Shown here: positions 37,800-50,979 of the stretch, piece after piece | How the letters are laid out: each line of letters begins with the position of its first letter | Numbering within the stretch: position 1 is the stretch's first letter | Source: Geosiphon pyriformis uo1 | Taxonomy: Eukaryota > Fungi > Glomeromycota | Direction: 5' to 3' | Length of the DNA: 64,000 nucleotides | NCBI GenBank assembly: GCA_016748015.1 | Contig: JAAOMT010000779.1 | Coordinates: 356,220 to 420,219, forward strand | The notes under the pieces: model-generated | Databases searched by the model: none | What the model saw: only the letters and a program-made list of their open reading frames with translations | Told to the model about the DNA's origin: nothing | Position numbers and translations under genes: made by a program

Positions 37800-38830
37800 T
37801 TATAATAAAATATTTATAAACCCAATTTGGCAGAAATAAAAAGAGCCAAAAACCACTACAAAAAACTTTATAACTTTAAAAATAGTTAAAAAAAGAAAAC
37901 TATTAATAAAAACTTTAATAACAACAACTATAAAAGTTTTAGAAGCAAAATTTATATAGAACAACTTAATATTGTCTTTAAAAACCAATCTAAATTTAAT
38001 AAAATTAAGCAATAAATGAAACAAAAAATTAATTAAAATTAATTTGATTTTAAAAATAAAATCAAATACTAGAATAAAAGTTATTTACAAAAAAAATTTT
38101 ATGACTAAAAATTATTTTTTAAGCATTATTAAAAGCAGTATCAGAAAACAAAAAAGGAGAGATTAATTCAATTTTTATTTAATTAGCTTAATTTTTAAAA
38201 ATAAATAATTTAATAAATTGTTTTATTTTTAAGACTAATAATAATTTATCAAAAAATATTACATTTAATAATATAGCTAATAGTTAATTTTGGTTTATCT
38301 TAAAAAATATATTATTATTATTATTGTTTATATTAAAAAAAAAACTAGTTACTACTGAAAAAATTTAATTATAATCCTATTTAAAACCATAAAAAGTTTT
38401 AGTATAACAATAGCAAATACAAGTAACTATTATTATTTTTTTAATTTTTTAATTTTTTTGGTTATTTGCAAAAAAAAAATAATAGTATTAGTAGTAAAAA
38501 CAAAAAAAACCAGCTTGTTAATTAGTCTGTTGTTAAAAATTTTAAGACTTTTAGAAAAAATAAAAACAATATTAAAACTAATCTAAGTATATTTCTTAGA
38601 AAAAACTTTAACTAAAAAAGAATTATTAGCTAAAAGTAAAAAAAATGTTTTAAAAACTACCAAAGACAGTTTTTTATTATTAATATTTAAAAAAAACATT
38701 ATCAAAATATTTTGTTTAACTGCTTTGACAATAAAAAAATTTATTAATTATTATAGAAAAAATAATATTTGAAACTTTTTTATTCTTTGCTTTAATCATA
38801 ATTATAAAATAAAAAAAGAAAAAGAATTTT
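37800..38830 (-). mobile_element. 5' part of an ORF1 family-B LINE-like element, decayed
   Basis: Reverse-complement similarity to 40040-40970 and direct similarity to 63030-63550. Confidence 0.72.
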
Positions 38831-39041
38831 AAATGTTTTTTTTACAAAATAACAAAACAATTAAAAATATTATTATTTAAAAAAATATTTTAACAATATT
38901 AAATTCTATTTTAATTTTAAAATTAACAAAAATTTTAAACAAATTAGCCAAAAGCTTAATATAAATTATAATAGTATTTATTATAATAACTAAATTTTTT
39001 TTATCTTAAAATTTTACATGTATTTTTAACTAAAAAAACAG

Positions 39042-39969
39042 TATTATAGGCGATTATTTAAGATATTAAAATAAATAATAAATCTGTAACTTGGTATTCA
39101 ATAGTTAATATTATTGGTAATTTTTAAAAAAATTTTAATTTAAATATTTTGATTAAGTTTTTTGTATAATGAACAAAGAGTTAAATAATAATTTTTTTCT
39201 GAATTTTTGTCTTTAGCATAAAAGCCAGTTTAATTTGACAGTTGTGTTTTTTTGATAAGCTATTCTTAAGTTTTCACTTTTGTTTTACAGATTTTTTACC
39301 AGACTATTCTTAATATTAATATCTTAGTATTTAATTTTTTAATCAATTAATAAACAACAAAAGAAAAGAAAAAAAAAATAAAAAAAAATAAAAAGAATAA
39401 AAAAAAGAATTAAGAAATTAATATCTCATTAATAGCTATAATTAAGAGCTATTGTTTTAATATAGTTAGGTATTAAGTATTATTAGCATAAATTGTTAAT
39501 AAATAAAACAATAAATACATTTAATTTAATTTATAAATAATATGAATTGGATAGTATAATTGAATATATTTATTGAAATAGATATAATTTTGCTTTAAGA
39601 TATAGAAAACTATCTTTTAAAGAAAAGAGTATATTATAAATATTTATTATTAACTAACTACTTTTTTGTTTATTTTTTTTACTTTTAATACTACTATTAT
39701 ATATATAATTTTTATTATCCAAAAATTTCTTTTTTTCTTGCTAATATTTTTGAAAAATTTTTAATTTCTTAAAATATCTTGGATTTTTTGAAAAATTTTT
39801 GATTTTTTAAAATATTTTAAATTTTTCGAAAAATTTTGAATTTTCTAAAAGATTCAAAATTTTTTGAAATGTTCTTTTTTATTTTTTTTTATTTTAATTA
39901 GTTATTTAATATTATGTGTTTTTTTTATTATTGTTTATTTATTATTATTATTATTTTTTATATATAACA
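39042..39969 (-). repeat. Solo LTR related to the G3 LTR
   Basis: Colinear with the G3 LTR for ~670 bp; TATTAT..ATAACA ends; TSD ACAG/ATAG. Confidence 0.8.
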
Positions 39970-40039
39970 ATAGTAATTAAAATAATTAATAAATTTAATA
40001 ATAAACTTAATTAAACACAAAATCAATAATAAAAATAAT

Positions 40040-42305
40040 AAAAATTTATTGTTTTCTTAATTTTATCACTACAACTAAAACAAAAAGTTGTAACTAGTAC
40101 TTTTTTTTGATATTTTACAAAATTTTAACCAAAAAAGTTTTTTTTATTGTAAAAATAACTAAGCAAAACATCTTTAAAGCTTTTTTTTTAACTAATAATA
40201 AAAAAAAGCTGTTTTTAATAGTTATTAAAGCATTTTTTTTATTTTTAACTGGTTTTTTACCAATCAAAATTTTCTTAAAAAGACATACTTGGATTAGTTT
40301 TAATATTGTTTTCACTTTTATTAAGAACTTAAAAGTTTTTAATAATAAGCCAGTTAACAAATTGGTTTTTTCAACTATTGCTATTATATTTAATACTATT
40401 AGTACTACTTCTTTAAAAATAACCAGAAAAGCCAAAAATTCCAAAAAGTGAGAATAGTTGTTTGCTTTTATTATTGTTATATTAAACTTTTTTGTAGTTT
40501 TAAATAAGATTTCTATTATATTATTTAATATATTATTTAAGATAAGCCAAAATTAACTACTAGCTGTATTGTCAAATATGATTTCTTTTAACAGATTATT
40601 GCCAATTTTAAAAGCAAAACAACAGTCTTTTATTAAATTATCTGTTCTTAGAAACTAGATTAATCAAATAAAAATTAATTTATTTTCTTTATTGGTTTTT
40701 GTACTGCTATTAGTAATACTAAAAAATTATTTTTAATTATTAAAAATTTGCTAAATGAGTAATCTTTATTTTAATATTTAATGCTATTTTTAAGATTAAA
40801 TTGGCTTATATTAAGATTGTTTTTTAGTTTATACATGGTTTTTTGAATATAAAATTAGTATTAAAAAACAATATAAAATTTTTTTGCATAAAGTTTACTT
40901 CTTAAAAGTTTTTAAAAACTGTATTTCTAGTTAAGCTTACAAATTTTGTTTATTTGATCATTTTTAAAATTACTAAATCTTAAATAGTTTCTGAATTTGG
41001 TTTTTTTTCTGCTGTTATTGTACTATATAATGTGTTTTTGAATATATTTGTTGTTAATATTAAAATAATACTTTATATATTTAGTGAAGTTGTCTGTATT
41101 ATGTTGAAATCTATTAGTGTTTGGCAATATATAATTGTTTATTTTAAAAAATTAAATACTATTATATCTACTCTAAATTATTGATTAGTTCTAATAGACA
41201 AAGATAGTATTAAAAATTTTTTCTTAATTAATTAAAATAAGGCTATTTTGTTTTAAGATAAGTTTAAAACTAAGTTAATTAATTTTTTTTTTGGCTGTAT
41301 TGTCTTTAAAATTAGTAATATGATTTTGCAAATTAGTAGTTAATTCTATTTTATTTTTTGTTTTCCTAATTCTGATTATTATTTACAATTTATATTAATT
41401 ATATTTGGTTTTTAAGTGAATTTAGATATTATAATATTCAAAACTTATATACTAAGAAAATGCTATATTTAGTAAGAAATCTCTGGCTGTTAGTGCTGTT
41501 TTTAATATTAAAAATAAGTTATTTAGTTGTGGATTATAAAATGTTTTTACTTTTTTTTCAAGATTCTCAAGATATTTATATTCTATTTTATGAACTTTAA
41601 GTTTTATGTTAAGATTTTTGTTTTTGTTTGTTCTTTTAAATTTTTTTCTTTAATTGTTTTTGCTTTTTTTTTGGTAATCATTGATAACTCTTTGATTTTC
41701 TTTTAATTGGCTTCTTTAAAATCTGATTTAGCCAAATTAATTATTTTGGTTGAATTTATTGTTAAGTCTGTTAGTTTTTTGATAATTATATTTAAACAAT
41801 TTATTAAGAATAATTTTGTTTTAAACAATGTTTTTAGTCTTAAAATTAACAAATTTATAATATATCTAAATATTTTTAGCAAAATTATTGGTAAGTTAAA
41901 AAAAGAAATAGTTTTATTAAAGAAAAAATATTGCATAAAGAATATTAAAATAACTGATAATTTTGTATATTAAGCTATTATAAATAATAATATGTTTTTA
42001 ATATAATATTACTTTGGGTTTATAAATCTGTTGATGTTAAAACTCATCCCTTAAAAACAATTGAATAACTAGTTAAATTGGTTTTTTATAATGTTATTTT
42101 GTTTAATATAATTTAAAAAATGTTTTCTTTGAATAAATTTTCTTCTATAGTATTAATATAGTATAGCCTAAATTGGTTTAAGTAGCTAATTATATATAAA
42201 AAATATGTGAACTATATTTAACACAAAAATACTTAGTTTGTTTTTAACTTCTAGATAATAGTTGAGTCTTATTTGTTAAACATCAAATAAAAAAATAAAA
42301 AAAAA
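40040..42305 (+). mobile_element. ORF1-only non-LTR element (ORF1 family B followed directly by a LINE 3' tail and poly-A)
   Basis: RRM-like NIKIILYIFSEVVCIMLKSISVWQYIIVYF; degenerate CCHC at ~41490-41540; stop at ~42160; tail matches 45283-45404 and 15900-16020. Confidence 0.72.
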
Positions 42306-42979
42306 CAATTAAAAATATAATAACAAAAAAAAAATAATTTTAACATAAAACTTTATATTAATAAAAAATAATTTAAAAATATTAGAATTACTAATAAACT
42401 TAAAACAAACTTAAAAAAATTGAAAAAATTTTATAATTTATAATCAAATAATTTAAATTTTAATATTTATAGTAACAATTATATTTAAAAATTTTTTATT
42501 AAATATTATACTTATATAAAATATTAGTCTTAAAAATAACAAGATTTATGGTTTTTAAAGATTCAAAAATTACAACAGTAAAACATTAATAAAAATTAGA
42601 AAAGTAAAAGATAAAACAAGTATGATTATTAATTTAAAAAATTAATTTGCTAATTTTAAAAGCAATATAATTAATAAAAAGATTAACTAATTTAGTTTTA
42701 AAAATAGTTTTTAAAGTAATAATTTTTTTTAATTAAATAAAAAAAATTTTAATACAAGTTTTTTTATTAATAAATAAAAATAATAACAACAAAAAAAGTT
42801 TTAAATTAAACAATAGTATATTACTGTAAATTTTAACTTAATTGAAATAATTATATTAAAACCATTAAAAATAATTATATTAAAAACATTAAAAATAATA
42901 TTATTACAAAAATTAAAAAAAAAACCAGAAATTATTATAAAAAACTTTGTAATCTTAAATATAATTAAGCAAAAAAAAC

Positions 42980-45404
42980 TATTTGGGTTTTGATGATTTC
43001 CAAGCCATATGAATGAAAGGGTGTTCTTATAAATACTAAATCTATTGCTTTGATTGAAACTGTTCGTAAAATTCTCTTTAAGATTCTTTTGAACAGAATT
43101 TTTTTAGTATACAATACTTATGATGTTTTACAAAAGAACAATTTTTTGGTTTTAAAGAATACAATAACACAGTCTCCTATTTTTGCCATTGATTTGATAA
43201 TAGAAAACACTTTAAAAAAGAACCGTAAGCTTTGGCTGGTCTTGCAGAATATGTGAAAGGCCTATAATTCTATTGAATAGGAACATCTTAGGAAGAACTT
43301 GGTTAGAATAAAAATGTGTAATAAGTTCATTAGATTTTTTGGTGAAATTCACAATGGTTATGTTAATAGGATTATGACTGATTTTGGTTTAATGAATAGA
43401 TATTAGGTACATGATAGTTTGAATTAAAGAGAGGTGTTTTCACCTCTTTTTTGGTACATATTTTATGATTTTTTTTTATGCGAAGTTAAGAGACAAGAGA
43501 ATATATGTAGATATAGGTTAAATTCCCACTTTATTATCAAAACTGGTCATGTTGAATCTCAAACTGGGTTGATGTTTTTTTTGCTGTTAGTGCTTTTGTT
43601 AATAATACAATCTGAGTTGATAGTAGTTAAGTGGCAACACAACACATTCTCAATATTGCTAGTGAATTTTTCAGAATCAATGACATTTTTATTAATAATA
43701 ATAAAACAGTGGCTATTCTTATTAATAGCAGAGTTAAATGCCCTTCTTTGTCGATAAGTGATTTATCTATTTTCATTGCCAAAAAAGGGAAATCTCATCA
43801 TTATCTGGGTATTTTTTTGTCTACAGAGAGTTTGTTGAAACCTAGTTTAACTAAAGCACATTTGAATATCAGGTTTTTTGCCAATCTTGTACTAAGAAAG
43901 ACCATTTTGGATAAACAGTTTTTGTATCTGGTGTTAGCTGTTCTATTTTTTATTGTTAGCTATAGGACACAGTTCAGCTTCATTCTTATTGGGGTGTGTG
44001 AAAAATGAGATGTTTTAATTTGCAAAGGCTTGAAGTTAAAATCCAGTCTACCTCTTGACTTTCTCAGTAATATGCTTTATTATTCTTCTTTGTATGTTTT
44101 GAAAACTTTCGAGCAAGTACAAGCTAAAAGCAAGGTGGCTTCCTTAGTGTGTTTTGCCAACTCTGTTGAGATATTGGGTCATTTATTTTCACACAGGTCT
44201 CTTGACTTGTAGGCTTTAAGTTGGGATTTGCTTTATCTATTGAGCTTTTCAGTTTATGTTAGGATCAGTCTGTCTAATAACTTTTTGACAAATGTGGTTC
44301 ATATTTTTCTTGGGTACAAGTTGTTCTTAAATGGTCCAATAATCAGTTTTTTTCATTTTCAAAATAGAATATCTATATCATCTTTTCTTAGTGAGTTTGA
44401 GTTTCTTAGGTTTCTCCCTTTATTTTGGTGTTATAGTATAGCTTTTGTGGAGCAGCTTTATAGTCATAAAGATGTAGTCTTTGATTGAAAAACCTTTAAG
44501 CACTGGAAAATTTTGGATCTGCATGGTCTTGTTTCTAATTGGTTCAAGCTTTCTGTTGATTTTCTTAATAATGTAGCTTTTTCTCTTACTGGTCCTTTCT
44601 CTTTAAATGGTATTGAACTTTCAAGTGTTTTGGAGTTTAATAAATTTAAGCATGTTGGTAGTAGTTTGTTAGGTGTTGTAGCTGACAGTCTTTCTGTTTA
44701 TATGGATGGGTCTCTAGTGAACTTGAAAAATACTAATATAAAGACTGGTGCAGTGGTTTTTTTTGAGGATATTGAGTTGGGTTTGGGAGTTAAGATCTCT
44801 GGTCTATTGTTTTTTACTTTGGTAAAACTATATGCTATTTCATTGGCTCTTAAGTGTATTTCTTTTCATAGTTCAGTTATTGTTCTTTTGTGCTTCAAAT
44901 GTTGTGATATGTACAGCTCTTTATAAAGACTTTATCTTTAAAAATTGGTTTTGTAAAATTACATCTGTTTTCAAGGGTGCCAAAGTTGCGAATCAGAAAG
45001 TTGTGGACTTTGTATGTATCTTCTGTTTTGCTTTTAGGAAGGAGATATGGTTGGTTTATACTAAACACCAATTTTTTATGGAAAAAAATGGGCTGATACC
45101 ATGTAATGATTTGATTTTAAAATTGGTTTCTGAGCTGTTCTCATCATTCTCTGCTGATATAGTTAGATTGTTAGATATTAATGAAGTGTTTAGTGTTGTT
45201 TTTGGGTTTCATAAGTCATGTTTATTTCTTCTGAGTATTGAGGACCTTGTCTTTGTTTATATAGGTGTTTAGTGTTGTTTTAATCAGCTTGAGTGGCTGG
45301 TCATGTATAGAAAATACATGATTTATACCTAGTTTAGATTGATTATTTAATGTATTATACTAGACAGTATTTGGATCTTACTCATTAATTAATTAAAAAA
45401 AAAA
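42980..45404 (+). mobile_element. LINE-C, 5'-truncated (RT, partial RNase H, C-terminus, 3' tail, poly-A), with an internal deletion near 44880
   Basis: IALIETVRKI, WLVLQNM, YLGIFL, SVYMDGS; stop at 45272; A-tract 45395-45404. Confidence 0.92.
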
Positions 45405-48400
45405 CTATTAATAAGAATTTTAATAGTAATAATAAAATATTTTAAAAATAAAATCTATATAAAATAATTTAATATTGTTTTTTAAAATTAACTTAAGTTT
45501 AACAAAACCAAATAGTAATTTGAACAAAAAAATTAAGATTAATTTAATCTTAAATATATTATTAAACACAAAGATAAAAACTATTTATTTAAAAAATTTT
45601 TTAATAATTAAAGATTATTTTTCAAATATTATTAAAAATAACATTAAAATACAAAAAAAACCAATTTTATTTCTAATTAATTAACCTAATTTTTATTATT
45701 ATTATTATTCAGTTTAATAAGTATAATTTAATTACTATTTAGAAATATACAATATATATGTATTATAAATTAAACATGATTTATATACTTATTATATATG
45801 ATCAGTTATTTAAGTCAGTTAAAGCTACATTACAAATTAGCTATTACTACTATGTTACTTCTTATACCTAAAAAAAATAAGCTTTAGAACATATACCAAA
45901 TACACTTTTTTATTTTTTTTTACACTAAACAATATAATTAATTTGTTATTTAATTTGCTTATATTACAGATATTATAAAAAACCATATTATTATCAACAA
46001 TGATTATATCTTTTTTTTCTATATTAGCTTTGTGTTCAGATTTGTAATATTATATTTTAGACTTGTGGATTGATATTAAGTTTTTCATAAATGTCACTAT
46101 CTATAAATTTATCAGTTCAAAATTGCCAAATACAATTAGAGTTTTATTGTATTAATTTTTTAGCACAAAACTCTTTATTAAAGCAGAATATAAATCAATA
46201 TTATGTATATAAAAAGACAGATTTTTGAGAATCACAAAAGAAAAAACAATTATATTTAGTAATAATACTTAATATATCTCAAACTTACACAAAATTTTAC
46301 TGTGAGCACTATTGTTTTAAAAACATCTAAACATATAATTAGAAATCTTAATCTCATTATAAAACAAGTATTTTACACTTAGATATAATATGCTGTACAG
46401 ATGTTTATAATAATTATCAACAAATATCTATGTAAAGCTTTTATAAAATAGGTTTACAAAAAAATTAATAAATGACTTATAAAACCAAAAATTATATATC
46501 TATTAGAATACCAAACTTCCAAAGTTTTTCTTCAATTTATTATACTAATATTACAAACATTTTTTATTTCAGATTCAGATCCATTTTTTTACTTAACATA
46601 ACACAAAGTTTTGTAAAAATTTCTAATATAATAATAAATATTACAAGACAAAACCATACTATTTGTTCATATAAAAAGCTTTTAAATTATAATAAAAAAG
46701 ACAAAATTAAAGAAACAGATATTAAAAGCAAGCATATTAGTATATTTATTTTCTGTGATACTAATATGGCCTTTAATCTTAATTTAAGATACTAAAAGTA
46801 ATCTATTTTTGATAATATTTATTATCTAATACTGTTTTATTTATAAGTACTTCCTAAAATTAGATTGAATCATTTTCAATTTATTACTACAAACACTAAT
46901 AGCAGTCTGGCTATCTGAATTAATAATCATATTATTCTTTATAAAAACATAATTAAGTACAAAAAAAATAATCTTAAGTTTTATTAAAGTTAATAATATA
47001 ATACTTTAAATTTTAATTCAATACTAAAGTCAACATTAAAGAAAAAGACAGCAGTCTTTTTAACAACCAAAATTAAATCAAAATATTTTATAAAATTATC
47101 TATATAAATATTAAATATACTTAAACCAGACTTTAATAGTTTGTTTTTAGCAAGACTAATTAGATTATTTATATTAAAATTAAGAGAGTACTTATTAGAA
47201 AAATGTAACAAATTACTAATTACAATTAGCTTATTACCCAAAAATTAAATAGTTAAGCTAAACTATATAAGAACAGAATTTCAGAAATTCAAATACTTTT
47301 AACATCTAAAACATTTCTAGTTAAAACAATATTTTTTTTTGTTTAGTAACTGTTTTACAAAAACAATATTATAGTATTTTAAAGAATAAGTTATCTTAAA
47401 AAAATTTTTGCTTTCAAAAATCTTAAACATTAATATTCTGCCAAAGAATTAAAAAATACTTGATAGAACATTAAAAAAAAAATAAGCCACAAAATAAAAA
47501 AAATTTCCCAATTTTAACCAAAAAGTTGTTTATAAGACTAATATGTAATCTAACAAAATAATATAAAAAATGCATTAATAACTAGTTAGCAACCTATAAA
47601 TTCATATACCAATAAATAAAAAGTTATTCTAAGATATCAAAAGCATTTGCAAATCTCAGAACAAAAGATAATTTATTTTTAGTTTGTATTTGACCAAAAA
47701 TTTTTACACTGTAGAAAAATAGATACAGTAATATATTTGTTAAAAAAGTATGTGAAAAATCTGTTTTGAGCTTTAAGTTTTTTCTAACTATAATATTATA
47801 TTTAGTACAGATATCTTTAGGAACATAATTAAATTGTGTTCTATAATTAATAATAAGTTGTAAAACTAAGAATACTAAATAACAAAATTGCTTATTAGAA
47901 ATAGCTTTATATAAGACCATATTTGAAAAAAATTGAATATCTGATTGTGTTTTGGCCAAGTTAACCTTAGTTAGCTTTTTAGTTGATAAGAATATACTTA
48001 AGTACTAGTAAATTTTACCTTTTTTTAGCTATTATAATCAGTAAATTATTAATAAACAAAAAAGCTTCTCTAACTTTTTGGTTGATAAGTATAGCAACTG
48101 TTTTTTCATTATTTATAAAAATATCATTAATTGTAAAAAACTCATTAATTCTGTTCAAAATATACTGTATAATTGCTTGACTATTATTAATCTAAATTGT
48201 ATTATTTATAAATGCCTTAACAATAAGATAAATAATCATATTAACTTGAGTTTTTAATTTGTTAGATTTTGTTACAAACTTTAAATTAATTCTGTATTCA
48301 CACAAATAACCATGTTTTTTGATTTTATAAAGAAGAAAATCATAAAAAATTCTTTAAAGAAGCAGAAAAAAAACTTTATTTTGATTAAATATATTTTGTA

Positions 48401-49486
48401 TCTTATAACTAATCAAAAAGCCAAAGTTTATTATTACTTTGTTTGTTTTGTTCAAATAAATATTTTCAAAAAATTCAATGAACCTATTGCATATTTTAAT
48501 ATATTTTAGATTAAGTTTCAAATAATATTATTCAACTAAATTATATGCCTTATATATATTTTGAAAAAGTAGTCAAAATTTATAGTTTTTTTTCAAACTA
48601 TTTTCTATTATTGAACTGATAACAAAAATAAAAAATTAAGTTATAGTACTTTTTAAAACTGAAAAATTGTTATTTTAAAGAACATTAAATTTACTATAAG
48701 CTGATAAAATGTAATTGATAAAATTTTTAATAAAATTTTTCTTGTTGTTTTAATTAGTGCAATAAACTATATATTTGTAAAAATCCTATTTTATTTATAA
48801 AACTTGAAAATTATTGAGATCCAAGTATTTTTTCAAAGCATTAAAATATTACTACAAACCAAACAGAAATTCAACAGATCCAAAAAACATCCTAATATTA
48901 AATTATTACAATGTTTCTAAAGTTTATTTAAAATTCTTGAAAGATTAACAGCTTTGCTATTGAACAAATTCTTGATTACTAAAGCCAAATCTTTTATATT
49001 AATTATATTCATTATATTATAAAAAAAATTTTCTTTTATATAGCTTAAAGATATATATTAATAAAATCATAACTCTAATATAACCTTATGTATTTTTTAC
49101 TTCTTTATTTAATTTATCATAATTTTGTTTATCTTAAACTTTATATTATCTGGTTCTAAAATTAAGTCTTTTTTTATAACTAAATAATCTAGCACTATCT
49201 TACAAAAAAGTCAATTCAAAAGACTTTTTATCATACTTTTTTTATCTAAACTGAAATTTTTTATATGTTTTTTAATAAATTTACTCTTAACCAATTCTGT
49301 TTTACTATACTAGAACTTATGATAATATTTCTTAATTATTAATAAGTATTTGATAATTTTCATAAAGCTAGTACCTTTATTAATCAAATTGGTAATCTCA
49401 AAAGCTTGTATATTATTAATAATTAACCAAGTTTTGATAAAGCAATTGAATTCTGAATTATTATTTAAGTTTAAAGTCTTAATTAT

Positions 49487-50042
49487 TATTACTAAAAATT
49501 TTTGGTCTCTTTTTTAAAATGTTATTAATATTTGTTTACTGTGAATTTATATTTATTAGAAGTTATTGAATCTCTAATAACTGAATTTATCTTCAAATTA
49601 TAAGAGATAATTTAAACTGTTAAGCTTATAAGTAAAATAACCAATTTTATATTAGTTATTATATATAGTTACTTTATAGTAAAAAATCAATTCTTTTTCA
49701 GGAATTTTTTTCTTTGTTATAATTTTGACAAATTAAAGATACATTGTAATAAACTATAAGTTATATTGATAAACTATTAACTATTTTGGTAAATTTATCT
49801 ATTATTTTTACAAATTTTTACAAATTTTGGTGAATTCTTAAATGTTATATAGTTTTGAATATTGTGTAATTTAATCATTCTAATTTCTATTATATAAATT
49901 GAATTATTAATTAAATAATAATATTTAATAATTTGATTAAATAATAAGTAATAATTTAAAATGATATTAATATATACTAATTAATAATAAGAATTATAAA
50001 GATAATTTTATGCTAGTTAATAACTAAATTCTGCTGGTAACA
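49487..50042 (-). repeat. G4 3' LTR (lacks ~400 bp)
   Basis: Matches 58877-59100 and 59500-59836. Confidence 0.85.
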
Positions 50043-50054
50043 TAATTTCTTCCT

Positions 50055-50700
50055 TAAAACTAAGCTTTGTTGAAGTTCAAATACTATCTGTAATATTAAT
50101 ATAGTGATCCAAAATAGTTATAGTAATTTGGTTTGAAAATTGTTGAAATTTCAGTTCTGTAAATTTGTCAATATATTGTATCTTTATTGGTTAAAGTATT
50201 GGATTTTGTAGAATATTTTTGCAAGTATTAAATAAATCATAAAGTCTAAATACTGCTCTAAATTTATAGTGAGTATTTGTTGATCCAGTTATTGTCTTGA
50301 ATTCATTGTAAATTTGTTTTTGTATAGTTTCAAAAGTAAAATTTGTTATTACAAGTTTTAATTTTTATTCATAAAATGTTCTTTCAATATGAAAATATTT
50401 GTATATAAAAGTATATTCATTATTTTTTTTATTAAGATACTGTAAAAGTTTTTGTTGAGTTGTGGTATTTGGTAAAATGTCAATAAAAGTGAATACAAAA
50501 TTTTTTTTAAAGCTTGTTTCAAAAGTTCCAGTAATTAACTTCCAGAATAACTTTTTGTGTTTCTTCTATAAGAGTGATAATTTTGATTATTATTTATTAT
50601 TAATGTTATAGTTTCTTTTTGGGTGTAATTAATTTGACTTTTATTAATCATTATGAATAAGTTAAAAAGTGTTTTCAAAGTTAACATTAATTTCTGGAAT
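50055..50700 (-). pseudogene. G4 ORF3 remnant
   Basis: QIYNEFKTITGSTNTHYKFRAVFRLYDLFNTCKNIL..IDKFTELKFQQF..ILDHY..FNKA*F*. Confidence 0.7.
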
Positions 50701-50979
50701 ATTTGTTAAATATTTTATAGAATAATTATAATAAAATAAGTATAGTTGCAAATAAAATTTGAAAAGATTTGAAAAAGAAAATAAATTTTAAAAATATTTA
50801 AAAAGAGAAAAATATGAAAAATATTTTAAATATTGGATTTTTATCTATTTTTGGTTTTGAGTTTTTTTGTAATTATTTACTATTTTTGTTTTATGTTTGT
50901 GTATTTTAATGTTAAATTAAATATTTAAGTTTGGTTATTGTTTTATTATAACTATTAATTTTGTGTCTTGGAGAATATT

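Noticed and set aside
42320-42975. Possible additional element between the ORF1-only element and LINE-C
   Set aside because: Too A/T-degraded to assign boundaries or family by eye; probably a LINE remnant.
45410-45690. K/I/N/F-rich ORFs in AT-rich tracts (also 46472-46795, 48312-48509, 54676-54861, 63079-63366)
   Set aside because: Their composition reflects A/T-decayed repeat DNA; they are antisense to or within decayed TEs.
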